A DNA stretch of 62,421 bases from Dehalococcoidales bacterium (lineage in GTDB: Bacteria > Chloroflexota > Dehalococcoidia > Dehalococcoidales > BS750m-G39), in the NCBI GenBank assembly GCA_016783245.1, contig JADHWY010000002.1, positions 1-62,421 on the forward strand, read 5' to 3'. Below the pieces are notes generated by a model. The model did no database searches. It was not told the DNA's origin and saw nothing but the letters and a program-made list of their open reading frames with translations. Below are positions 28,034 through 37,352 of the stretch, piece after piece. Every line of letters starts with the position of its first letter. Position 1 is the first letter of the stretch. Both the position numbers and the translations under genes were made by a program.

Positions 28034-28726
28034 TCACTCCGTAATCACTTTTCCCCTAATAACTTCAAGGCTGTTATCTCCACAGTTGAACAGTAGATCG
28101 ACTATTGACATATACGGCTGAAAATCACCAAACCGCTGCCGGTACGTGGGATGTATAAAATTTTGGTATATTAATTTTAGACCTGCCTTGTCAAACTCTT
28201 CATCGATCAGATAATCCTTGGCACCTGTTCCTGAAAGGTATGTATCCGCTCCTACCTCCTTACATATGTTAACCATTAACTCTGTTTTTCTCCCCGCTAC
28301 ATTTAATGACGAGGATTTTATGACTGGCGTATTGAGTCCAAGCATGTCCATTAAGTTTCGAATTAGATATATGTTTAATTCTGAAAGCATACCCCAATTT
28401 CGTTCATAAGTTTCTTCAAAAAAATCAGCATACTTGTTAAAAAATGGAGACCTCCCATAATTGAGTCTCAGCGCTGTCCAATGTTGCTTTCTCCAATTGC
28501 TGTTATTATCTATCCTTGTCCTATTCAGCTTAGGGAGGGGGAATTCATTTACTACTGGGACAGTAAGCCATTGCCAACCTTTGGGCGTCTTGATCCGGTT
28601 CCTATTGTGATAACCCCTTTTTATGAATTGCACATCATCTAGGATGACAAACAAATCGCTTTTATCAAGCCTATCAAAGAACCCCAACCACGGTAGATAA
28701 TCCGGTTGATGAATTACCACGATCAC
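28034..28726 (-). CDS. WbqC-family protein
   Basis: It has MIVVIHQPDYLPWLGFFDRL...FIKRGYHNRNRIKT, the characteristic WbqC N-terminus. Confidence 0.75.
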   Translation of the reverse strand: MIVVIHQPDYLPWLGFFDRLDKSDLFVILDDVQFIKRGYHNRNRIKTPKGWQWLTVPVVNEFPLPKLNRTRIDNNSNWRKQHWTALRLNYGRSPFFNKYADFFEETYERNWGMLSELNIYLIRNLMDMLGLNTPVIKSSSLNVAGRKTELMVNICKEVGADTYLSGTGAKDYLIDEEFDKAGLKLIYQNFIHPTYRQRFGDFQPYMSIVDLLFNCGDNSLEVIRGKVITE

Positions 28727-28728
28727 AA

Positions 28729-29847
28729 TTACTCACTCCAGCTAGTAATCTCTGCTTCCAAGCACTCTAAAACGTAATCAACATCGGCATCATTCATCTG
28801 AACGTACATTGGGAGAGAGATTTGGTGCTTCAATACCTCTTCAGCTACAGGACATGACCCAGGCTTGTAGCCAAGTGATTCATAAATTGGCTCTCTATTG
28901 AGCGGTACTGGATATATTACACCTATCTCAACACCATGTTTACTTCTCAGAACTTCTTTGAATCTGTCTCTGTCTATATCTTTATTTAGAGTGGCTAGAA
29001 ACTTATAATAACCATGTCTTATATGTTTAGGTATTGGATAGTACGAGATGCCAAGTTTGTCCAACCCTCTCATATAGCGTTGAGCTAACTGGTTCCTTTT
29101 GCTAATATTTTGTTCCAATCTTTCCAGTTGGTATATACCTATGCAAGCGCCTATCTCGTCCATCAGCCAGTCATTGCCACCAGGATTTATTACTTTATCA
29201 AGAGCTTCATTTTGCCCATGATGACGAAGACTAACGGCAAAGTTTCTCAGCTCCTCATTATTGGTTGTGATCATTCCTCCTACGCAAGTCGTCATAATCT
29301 TTGTCGGATAAAAACTGAAGCAGCCGATGTCTCCCAGACTACCAACCTTCATACCATCAATCATGGCACCATGGGCATGAGCTGCGTCCTCCAGTAAGAA
29401 GAGCCCGTGTTCTTGGCATATCTCCTTTAGGGCACTGATCTCTGGCACGGGAAGGCCTCCTATATGTACAGCCATCACCACCTTTGCCTTAGGAGTTACT
29501 TTGTTTAGAACATCCTCATAGTCTATGCAATAGCTGTCCGGTGCAATATCTACGAATACAGGTTTTCCTCCCGCGTAAATGACGCTGTTTGAACAAGCTA
29601 TATAGGTATTTGCGGGAACTATTACCTCTCTATCCTTCACATCTAGGTATCTCATACTGATTTCCATCGCAGAGGTACAACTACTGGTTGCGATGGCATA
29701 CTTAACTCCGGTGTCTTTTGCAAATAGTTCCTCAAATTTCTTAGTATACGGGCCGAGGATCAATCTGCCACTTGTTAGTATGGTTCTTACATCCTCAAGA
29801 ATAGCGTCAATATCTTCGAAATACGGTTTAGCGCTTGGAATTCTCAC
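28729..29847 (-). CDS. DegT/DnrJ/EryC1/StrS-family sugar aminotransferase
   Basis: The PLP-lysine region is FSFYPTKIMTTCVGGMITT. The overall pattern matches DegT. Confidence 0.9.
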   Translation of the reverse strand: MRIPSAKPYFEDIDAILEDVRTILTSGRLILGPYTKKFEELFAKDTGVKYAIATSSCTSAMEISMRYLDVKDREVIVPANTYIACSNSVIYAGGKPVFVDIAPDSYCIDYEDVLNKVTPKAKVVMAVHIGGLPVPEISALKEICQEHGLFLLEDAAHAHGAMIDGMKVGSLGDIGCFSFYPTKIMTTCVGGMITTNNEELRNFAVSLRHHGQNEALDKVINPGGNDWLMDEIGACIGIYQLERLEQNISKRNQLAQRYMRGLDKLGISYYPIPKHIRHGYYKFLATLNKDIDRDRFKEVLRSKHGVEIGVIYPVPLNREPIYESLGYKPGSCPVAEEVLKHQISLPMYVQMNDADVDYVLECLEAEITSWSE

Positions 29848-30748
29848 TTCTCGCCTCCAATTTGATATATTCCGTTAGGCTCTCCTCTATCGGACAGGGG
29901 GCAAAATTGAGTAGTTCTCTTGCTTTCGTTATATCAAAATAGAATCGAAATGGTCTCGAATCACCACTGAATTCTGGCTTTGCTGTCGAGGCGCTGATGC
30001 TAACTATCAGGTTTGCCAGATCTAGTGTGCTTATTTCCTCTCCCCTGCCTATGTTAAATACTTCGAACTGAAATTTGTCTATGTTCTCAAAGGCACTGAT
30101 ATGCGCACTAACAGCATCCTTTACATAGATAGTATCCCATTTGATATCGGAAAGGACTATAGGCGGTTTATTTTGAATTGCCCCTTTTACAAAATTGGCA
30201 ACTCCTCCCCACTCTCGCCTGGGACCAAAAATACCGGAACATCTCAAGATAATTACGTTGAAACCATATTTACTGGCGTAAAGCTCACATAACATTTCGC
30301 CTTGCAATTTGGTCAGACTATAAAAATCAAAGGGACTTACAGGGTGTTTTTCATCAACAGGTAAGTATTTAGGCGCTCTCCCATAAACACCCATCGACGA
30401 AGTGTAGATAACCCTCTTGATATTCTGCGAGTGACATGCCTCCAACAGATCGAGTGTTCCTCGCACATTGGGCTCAAAGTACGGAAAAGGACTAGAAATC
30501 TCTTTCGGAGTATGAAGTGCTGCTGTGTGAAATATCCCATCTACCGGGTTAGCTTTCAGTGATTCGAGAATTTCATCATAGTTAGTAATATCACCTTTGA
30601 TTGCCTGAAAATTCTTATTATTCTTTAGGTGCTTGATCCTCTTCTGACTAGTATGAAACAATCCGATAACTTCATAACCCCTTTCAACTAGACCATCACA
30701 TAGATGTGAAGGCAGAAATCCACCAGCTCCGGTAACAAGTACTCTCAT
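29828..30748 (-). CDS. NAD-dependent sugar epimerase/dehydratase (extended SDR)
   Basis: It has VTGAGGFLPSHL and YSLTKLQGE (YxxxK). Confidence 0.85.
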   Translation of the reverse strand: MRVLVTGAGGFLPSHLCDGLVERGYEVIGLFHTSQKRIKHLKNNKNFQAIKGDITNYDEILESLKANPVDGIFHTAALHTPKEISSPFPYFEPNVRGTLDLLEACHSQNIKRVIYTSSMGVYGRAPKYLPVDEKHPVSPFDFYSLTKLQGEMLCELYASKYGFNVIILRCSGIFGPRREWGGVANFVKGAIQNKPPIVLSDIKWDTIYVKDAVSAHISAFENIDKFQFEVFNIGRGEEISTLDLANLIVSISASTAKPEFSGDSRPFRFYFDITKARELLNFAPCPIEESLTEYIKLEARSENSKR

Positions 30749-30829
30749 TATTATTTGGCCACCTCCCTTGTCTATCTCGAGCCATCCTCAATCTATGAAG
30801 ACAATTCTCATTATGTCACCACTCTCGCT

Positions 30830-31525
30830 TCATCGGTAATCCCTTAAACCTTTTATCTTTCCATATCTGTCATATAACTGTTGCATGCCTGCCCTGACCT
30901 TATCTGTGTCCGCAGTTATGCTGTCCTTATGCCTGTAGCGGGTAAAGAGAGGACGCGGTATATATTTACCTTTATACTTTTTCATCACCTTAATCAGCAA
31001 GTCATACTCTGGGAATATGAGGCTCTCGTCATACCCGCCGGCTTCTTCAAGGATTCCTTTTCTGAACATAATACCGACAGCAACGCTATTAAATATATTA
31101 TCTTTTAGAGAAAAAACCTTTGCCTCATCGGTTTCTATATCCTTCTCATAATAGTCACAGTAGACGAAACTCACACCCCTCTCTCTCTCCAGGATGTTAA
31201 ACATCTGGGAAAGGATTTCAGGTTCGAAAGTATCGTCGGCATCAAGGAGGATAATATATTCCCCTCTGGCATTGGCTATACCACTATTAAGGGCTGGAAT
31301 CGCTCCTTTATGTTGTTGTGTTATTACCCCTATTTTGTTTCTATAAGTTTCTAGTATGTCGGGGCTACCATCTGTCGAGCCATCGTCAATTACCAGTATT
31401 TCATACAAATGTGAAGGCAAAACCTGGTTTAAGGCACTATCTATGGCTTTCCCTATGAATGCCCCCTGATTATAATTTCGGATTATTACGGTTACCTTCT
31501 TTTCCATTTTCCTGACAAGGAGCAT
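30830..31525 (-). CDS. family-2 glycosyltransferase
   Basis: It has VTVIIRNYNQGAFI...ILVIDDGSTDGS...LLDADD. The start may be the internal ATG at 31507. Confidence 0.85.
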   Translation of the reverse strand: MLLVRKMEKKVTVIIRNYNQGAFIGKAIDSALNQVLPSHLYEILVIDDGSTDGSPDILETYRNKIGVITQQHKGAIPALNSGIANARGEYIILLDADDTFEPEILSQMFNILERERGVSFVYCDYYEKDIETDEAKVFSLKDNIFNSVAVGIMFRKGILEEAGGYDESLIFPEYDLLIKVMKKYKGKYIPRPLFTRYRHKDSITADTDKVRAGMQQLYDRYGKIKGLRDYR

Positions 31526-32532
31526 CAGCCTATCTTATCCCAGGTTAAGACCTCTTCAGCACTGATGTCTTTCTTAGCCTTTCTTCCGATAATTAGGTCT
31601 ATATACTTGGGCGGGATACCGGTTCCCGGTCTGACTACCTTGAGCATGTCCTCATTTATGATGCTTCCCTCAGCTATATCCACCTTGGCTATGATGCTGC
31701 GCCGGGCAGCGTCTCTTGCCTCCTTTTCGGACTCAGAGGGAACTTTCACGCCATTGCCTAATGCCAATTCAACAGCCCTGATATTCTTAATCATCTGCTT
31801 AAATTCATCCGGGGTGAGAGAGCATTTATGGTCAGGTCCAGGAAGGTTCTTATCTAAAGTAAAGTGCTTTTCAATCACGTTAGCGCCTAACGCTACCGCA
31901 GCCACCGGGATTGAAACCCCCTCAGTATGGTCAGAAAGACCCACCGGAACCTGAAATACTTGCTTTAAAGTTTCAATTGCTCTCAGGTTCGTGTCTTTTT
32001 CATCTGCCGGATAATTAGAAACGCAGTGGAGCAATATCACTTCTCTATTCCCGGCACCATAAATTACATTTAGTGCCTCGTCTACCTCGGCTATTGTCCC
32101 CATGCCCGTAGATAGTATAATAGGCTTGTTCTTTCTGGCCAGGTATTCTAAGAAAGCTAGATAGGTCAACTCCCCAGATGCCACTTTGAAAACCGGCATA
32201 CCCAATTCTTGTGATAAATCGGCACTTTCCTTGCCGAAGGAAGAAGCAAAGAATATTAACCCTAATCTTTCCGAAAGCCCGGCCAACTCCACCCATTTAT
32301 CCTTTCCCAACTCCAGGGATTTGAACAGTTTATGATAGCTACTCTGCTTACTGGCTAGCTCCTCGGCGGTAAATATCTGGAACTTGATGGCATCGGCCCC
32401 AATCTGTGCCGCCTTCCTTATGAGTTCTTTCGCCTGTTCAACCTTGCCGTCGTGATTTATGCCTGCCTCAGCGATGATAAACGTGGGCTCGTTTTCACCG
32501 ATTCGGCGACCCTTAATTTCCACCTGTCTCAT
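31525..32532 (-). CDS. nonulosonic-acid synthase (NeuB/PseI/LegI family)
   Basis: It has FIIAEAGINHDGKVEQAKELIRKAAQIGADAIKFQ, HCVSNYP and a C-terminal SAF-like domain. Confidence 0.9.
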   Translation of the reverse strand: MRQVEIKGRRIGENEPTFIIAEAGINHDGKVEQAKELIRKAAQIGADAIKFQIFTAEELASKQSSYHKLFKSLELGKDKWVELAGLSERLGLIFFASSFGKESADLSQELGMPVFKVASGELTYLAFLEYLARKNKPIILSTGMGTIAEVDEALNVIYGAGNREVILLHCVSNYPADEKDTNLRAIETLKQVFQVPVGLSDHTEGVSIPVAAVALGANVIEKHFTLDKNLPGPDHKCSLTPDEFKQMIKNIRAVELALGNGVKVPSESEKEARDAARRSIIAKVDIAEGSIINEDMLKVVRPGTGIPPKYIDLIIGRKAKKDISAEEVLTWDKIG

Positions 32533-33797
32533 TGACCTGCCTCAGCCAATTCATCTTTATTTTCTATAATCTTCTTTATCGCCGTGACAACATCATCCAT
32601 ATCTGCCACGGTTGCCGGTGGCCGGCATACCATAGTTAACATCAATTCCTTCTCATAAAGTCTCTCCGTCACCGGACAGAGACCTTTATCATAGCTTATA
32701 TCTTGCCCAAAGTAATTGTAGACAAAAGGCTTCTTCTCATGATAGATAGGGTTTAAATATAGAGGCCTAACATAGCCAGCACCGAAGGGGATACCCTCGG
32801 CAACCAGGGCTTTGACAAATGTGTTCCTGGAAATTCCAACCCTGTCTTGGCTGTATTTTATGGGGAAGACATAGTATACATGCCTGGCAAAAGGATAAAC
32901 CACCGGCGGTATCAGCCCGTCTATTGTGGCTAGCTTCTCGGCCAGGTAATTTGCCAGTTCAATCCTCTGGTTATTAAGCCTGTCAAGCTTTCGGAACTGG
33001 GCTATTCCCAGGGCGGCTTCCATCTCGGTCATTCTATAACCCCAGCCCAGGATGTCTGACCTATATGTCCGCTGGCTCTGGCTGGCCAGTACCACTTCAC
33101 CGTGATTTCTAATCATACTGGCTATCTCGGCAATTTCGTCATCATTAGTGATGAGCATCCCCCCCTCGCCGGTCATAATATTCTTTGTTTCTTGGAAGGA
33201 AAAGACGCCGCAATCCCCGATTGTACCGGTAGGTTTCCCTTTATAAAGAGCCCCGGGTGCCTGGGCGCTGTCCTCGATAACCTTGAGGTTGTGTTTTTGG
33301 GCGATTGCCATGATTTCATCCATATCGGCCGGGTGACCAAATAAATGAACGGGGATAATTGCCCTTGTCCTAGGTGTAACCGCCGGCTCAATTTTTGCCG
33401 GGTCAAGGCAGAAAATATCCGGCTTTATATCCACAAATACGGGGATAGCATTGTGCATCAAGGCGCAGGTAGCTGTTGAGGTGAAAGTATAGGGAGGTAC
33501 TATTACCTCTTCTCCTGCCTTCACTCCACAGGCGGTCACGGCAGCGTGTAATGCCGCCGTGGCTGAATTAAAGGCTACGGCGTATTTTACATCGTGATAG
33601 CTGGCAAACTCCTGCTCAAATTGCCTTATCTTTTCCCCCCCGAGGAAGTGCTCTCCAGGCTGGGCGATAAAGGTAGACAGCTTACCGCTTTCGAGGACTT
33701 CCATGACCGCCCTCTTTTCCTCTTCACCTATAACAGGATGAGGTGGAAAGGGCTTCTCCCTTACCTTTTGCCCCCCGAATAAAGCTAACTGGGCCAC
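32529..33797 (-). CDS. DegT-family sugar aminotransferase
   Basis: It has FSFQETKNIMTGEGGMLIT. It is a paralogue of 36156..37352, sharing PVH..G.P.DMDEIM.IAQ.HNL.VIED.A. Confidence 0.9.
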   Translation of the reverse strand: MAQLALFGGQKVREKPFPPHPVIGEEEKRAVMEVLESGKLSTFIAQPGEHFLGGEKIRQFEQEFASYHDVKYAVAFNSATAALHAAVTACGVKAGEEVIVPPYTFTSTATCALMHNAIPVFVDIKPDIFCLDPAKIEPAVTPRTRAIIPVHLFGHPADMDEIMAIAQKHNLKVIEDSAQAPGALYKGKPTGTIGDCGVFSFQETKNIMTGEGGMLITNDDEIAEIASMIRNHGEVVLASQSQRTYRSDILGWGYRMTEMEAALGIAQFRKLDRLNNQRIELANYLAEKLATIDGLIPPVVYPFARHVYYVFPIKYSQDRVGISRNTFVKALVAEGIPFGAGYVRPLYLNPIYHEKKPFVYNYFGQDISYDKGLCPVTERLYEKELMLTMVCRPPATVADMDDVVTAIKKIIENKDELAEAGQ

Positions 33798-33806
33798 TTT
33801 TCCCTC

Positions 33807-34844
33807 CTACCTGGATTGTATTTCTATTTTGCTGTCTCTTAGTGGGAGCCGAATCCTTTTGCCATCTTCTTTAGCCGACTCGTGGAAGGCACAAATCAGC
33901 TCCAGGGCGGCTCTGCCATCCTCACCACTGGAAATCGATTTCTGCCCTTTGTTCAAGCATTCTATTAAATGCCTAACGCCATCCACCATAAAATCCCTGG
34001 GCACATCCTTGTCAATGGGAGAAGCAGCCGGGAAGAGTTCTTTATAGCCTGAGAAAAGCTTGCTTTCCCCAACATGGTAAAACTCTAAATCGTAACCACT
34101 GTGGGTTAGATTCAGCCTCCCTTCTGTTCCCAGGCAATCCATCTCAAATATCAAGAAGTTCTTATCATCACAAGCCTGGATGGCGCAAAAAAGACCATCC
34201 TTAAACTTCATAACGCCGTCAATATTTGGGTCGTTTGGATTGGGAGACCTATTTTGACTATAGATGGCTCGAATCCACTCAGCGTCCCCAAAGAAGAAAC
34301 GCAACAGGTCAAACATATGGCTGCCGGTATTGGCAATGCCGCGAGTATAATAAAAGGTAACCTGCTGAATCCTGCCCAGATTTCCGCCCTGAAGGAAGCT
34401 TCTCACCTCCTGGTGGAACTTATCAAACCTCCTCTGGTGGTCTACTTGGAGGATAATGTCTTTTTCGTGGCACAGCTTTATCATTTCATCGGCATTTTTC
34501 AGGGAATCAGCGATTGGTTTTTCGCAGAAGATAGCCCTTGCTCCACTACTAGCCGCTTGTCGGGCAATCTCCAGATGAGACGAGTTCCAGGTGCATATGC
34601 TCAAGATGTCTAAGGCTTCATTGTCTAACATTTCCTCGACATCTTTATATAATGAAGGAATGCCCCATTTCTCCCCGCACTTCCTTAATTTCTCTTCATT
34701 CAGGTCGCAAACGGCTACCAGCTCTACGCTGTCAACAGCAGAGTAAGCTCCAGCGTGGGTAGATATCTGCTCTCGTTTCGGGTCGTCATCAAACTCGGCA
34801 CCGACCCTGCCACAGCCGACTATACCCGCTCTAAAGACCATCAT
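33807..34844 (-). CDS. Gfo/Idh/MocA-family NAD(P) oxidoreductase
   Basis: It has the N-terminal Rossmann AGIVGCGRVG and EKPIA. Pairing with an aminotransferase resembles WbpB/WbpE. Confidence 0.85.
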   Translation of the reverse strand: MMVFRAGIVGCGRVGAEFDDDPKREQISTHAGAYSAVDSVELVAVCDLNEEKLRKCGEKWGIPSLYKDVEEMLDNEALDILSICTWNSSHLEIARQAASSGARAIFCEKPIADSLKNADEMIKLCHEKDIILQVDHQRRFDKFHQEVRSFLQGGNLGRIQQVTFYYTRGIANTGSHMFDLLRFFFGDAEWIRAIYSQNRSPNPNDPNIDGVMKFKDGLFCAIQACDDKNFLIFEMDCLGTEGRLNLTHSGYDLEFYHVGESKLFSGYKELFPAASPIDKDVPRDFMVDGVRHLIECLNKGQKSISSGEDGRAALELICAFHESAKEDGKRIRLPLRDSKIEIQSR

Positions 34845-35395
34845 TTCCCCTTGTTGGCGAAATATTCTTCCCGCAAGATACCATGCCTGACAGCATCATA
34901 GTACTTACCATTACGGTATATTTCCTGCCTTAGAATACCTTCCCGCTTGAAACCAGCCTTTTCGTTTGATTTCCAGGAACCGATATTCTCTACATTGTTC
35001 CCAGCCCAAATCCGGTTCAAATTTAATCTTTCAAAGCCATAAGCAACTATCAATTTCGCCGCCTCAGTTCCATAACCCTTCTTCCATACTTTCTTTTCTC
35101 CGATGAATCTCCTCATTTCGGCTGTTCTACTGGTCCAATTAATTTGATAAAGTCCAATATTGCCTATGTATTTATTTGCTTCTTTATCTATGATAGCGAA
35201 GACAACTTCATTCTTACTTTTTGTTATCTGTTTGTACTCTTCCTCTAGTTGTTCTAAAGTAGCTGGTAAAGTCCCGGTAAACATATAATGAGTGACTTCA
35301 GGGTCATTGACCCACCGCAGCATATTGGTGACAAAGTCTTCTTTGTTCAACGGGCTAAAGTAAATTTTTTCACCGATAGTAAGGGGTTGATACAT
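34841..35395 (-). CDS. GNAT-family N-acetyltransferase (RimJ/PseH-like)
   Basis: 184 aa with the GNAT core WKKGYGTEAAKLIVAYGFERLNLNRIWA. Confidence 0.8.
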   Translation of the reverse strand: MYQPLTIGEKIYFSPLNKEDFVTNMLRWVNDPEVTHYMFTGTLPATLEQLEEEYKQITKSKNEVVFAIIDKEANKYIGNIGLYQINWTSRTAEMRRFIGEKKVWKKGYGTEAAKLIVAYGFERLNLNRIWAGNNVENIGSWKSNEKAGFKREGILRQEIYRNGKYYDAVRHGILREEYFANKGK

Positions 35396-35397
35396 TT

Positions 35398-36156
35398 TTA
35401 CCTCTCCTTGTAACGACTTAAGGCTTGATAATAAGCTTCGTTTCTCAAGCGGGGAGTGCTAGCAATGCCAGGATTTCTGGCTAAAAGTTCCAGGACATCC
35501 TCCATTAGAAAAACACCACCCTCTTCATAGAGACTCTTGTAAATCTCAGTAATAAAATCAAGGTCTTCCTGGTAATCTACCGTCCAGCGCATATGAGACA
35601 AATCCTGGTCATTCTCCACATTGCCAAGGCGGTATTTCTCGGGATGGTCAAAGAAGTTCATGGTAGCCCATTCCCGCCAGAAGGGGTCTTTCACCTCCTG
35701 CCAGGCTTTCTCAATCACTTCAAAGGAAAAAACTGCCGCCCCCAAACCCTGCGGGTAGGTAGAAGGCTTAAAGTTGCCCACACAATCAAATTTATCTTTA
35801 TTATCAAGATAATACTTTACTACCTTATCAACAACAACCGGGTCAATTAAGGGGGAATCCCCGGTGACCTTCACCGCAATATCAGCCTCAAACCTCCTCG
35901 CCGCCTGGTATAGCCTATCAATGAGGTCTAACTCACTCCCGGCATAACAATCTATGCCATTTTCCCAGGCAAACTTCATTATCGGCTTATCGCCTTCGTC
36001 ATCTGAGGTAGCGATTACCATTTTGTCAATCAGCCTGGTATACTTTAATCTGTTTATTATGTGCCAGAGCATAGGCCTGCCTACTATATCCCTCAGTACC
36101 TTCCCCGGTAGCCTGGTAGAACTCATCCTTGCCTGGACTATGGCTACTACCTTCAT
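35398..36156 (-). CDS. cytidylyltransferase (SpsF / acylneuraminate cytidylyltransferase-like)
   Basis: It has MKVVAIVQARMSSTRLPGKVL, the CTP_transf_3 N-terminal signature. Confidence 0.8.
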   Translation of the reverse strand: MKVVAIVQARMSSTRLPGKVLRDIVGRPMLWHIINRLKYTRLIDKMVIATSDDEGDKPIMKFAWENGIDCYAGSELDLIDRLYQAARRFEADIAVKVTGDSPLIDPVVVDKVVKYYLDNKDKFDCVGNFKPSTYPQGLGAAVFSFEVIEKAWQEVKDPFWREWATMNFFDHPEKYRLGNVENDQDLSHMRWTVDYQEDLDFITEIYKSLYEEGGVFLMEDVLELLARNPGIASTPRLRNEAYYQALSRYKER

Positions 36157-37352
36157 TATTTCCTATAATACCTGATTATTTTTGTAACTGCTTCAACAAC
36201 ACCATCCAAATCCCTCTGGCTCATCTTAGGGTATAAAGGAAGGGAGATTAGCCCTTCATAGACATGTTCAGCATTGGGGAAATCACCCCTCTTATAGCCG
36301 AATGTTTTCTGGTAAAAGGGGTGGAGGTGCAGGGGTATGAAATGTACGCTTGTTCCTATATTTTCTGCAGCTAGAGCTTCAATGAATCTATCCCGGTTAA
36401 TCTTTAACATGTCAGCCTTCACCCGAATGGGATAGAGATGCCAGACATGCCTCACCCCTTCTTTTTCAACGGGCAACTTTAGCTCAGGAAATTGGCTCAA
36501 CTTCTCGGTTAGATAGAGGGCGTACTTTTGTCTGGTCTCAATGAATTTATCAAGCTTGCTCAGCTGAACCAAACCTATGGCTGCTTGCATATCCATCATA
36601 TTATATTTAAACCCAGCATGCTCAATCTCATAGTACCAGCTTCCCGTCTTCTCATATCTTTTCCAGGCATCCTTGCTTATTCCATGCAGGCGCCATTTCC
36701 TCATCTCATCAGCGAGCCGTTCATCTTCGGTGGTAATAATTCCCCCTTCACCGGTAGTCATATTCTTAATGGGATAAAAGCTAAAACAGGTAGTATCGCC
36801 AATAGTACCGATTTTCCTGCCATTATATTCGGCACCTATGGCGTGGGCAGCATCCTCAATAACCGAAAGGTTGTGCCTTTGGGCAATCTCCATGATTTCA
36901 TCCATATCGCAGGGCTGTCCGGCATAGTGAACCGGGATTGTGGCTCTGGTTTTACCACTAATCGCCCGTTTCAATCTTTCGGGGTCGATGTTGTAGGTAG
37001 CGCTATCGATATCAACGAAGATAGGTCTGGCTCCCTGGAGGACTATAACATTAGCCGTAGCGGCAAAGGTGAAGGGGCTGGTTATAACTTCATCCCCTGA
37101 GCCGATACCCAAAGCAGCCAAGGAGGTATGCAGCGCCGCGGTGCAGGAATTCACCGCCACCGCTTCCCTGGCGCCAACATACTCCTTGATTTTGCCCTCA
37201 AATTCCAAGACCTTCGGCCCGGTGGTCAACCATCCAGACTTTAGAACCTTGGCCACCTCATTTATTTCCTCATCGGTTATCCAAGGTTGGGCAAAAGGTA
37301 AGAAACTGTCCCTTACCGGGTTGCCTCCCTCAATCGCTGGTTTCTCTATCAA
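36156..37352 (-). CDS. DegT-family sugar aminotransferase (PseC/SpsC-like)
   Basis: It has FSFYPIKNMTTGEGGIITT and is 398 aa long. Confidence 0.9.
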   Translation of the reverse strand: MIEKPAIEGGNPVRDSFLPFAQPWITDEEINEVAKVLKSGWLTTGPKVLEFEGKIKEYVGAREAVAVNSCTAALHTSLAALGIGSGDEVITSPFTFAATANVIVLQGARPIFVDIDSATYNIDPERLKRAISGKTRATIPVHYAGQPCDMDEIMEIAQRHNLSVIEDAAHAIGAEYNGRKIGTIGDTTCFSFYPIKNMTTGEGGIITTEDERLADEMRKWRLHGISKDAWKRYEKTGSWYYEIEHAGFKYNMMDMQAAIGLVQLSKLDKFIETRQKYALYLTEKLSQFPELKLPVEKEGVRHVWHLYPIRVKADMLKINRDRFIEALAAENIGTSVHFIPLHLHPFYQKTFGYKRGDFPNAEHVYEGLISLPLYPKMSQRDLDGVVEAVTKIIRYYRK

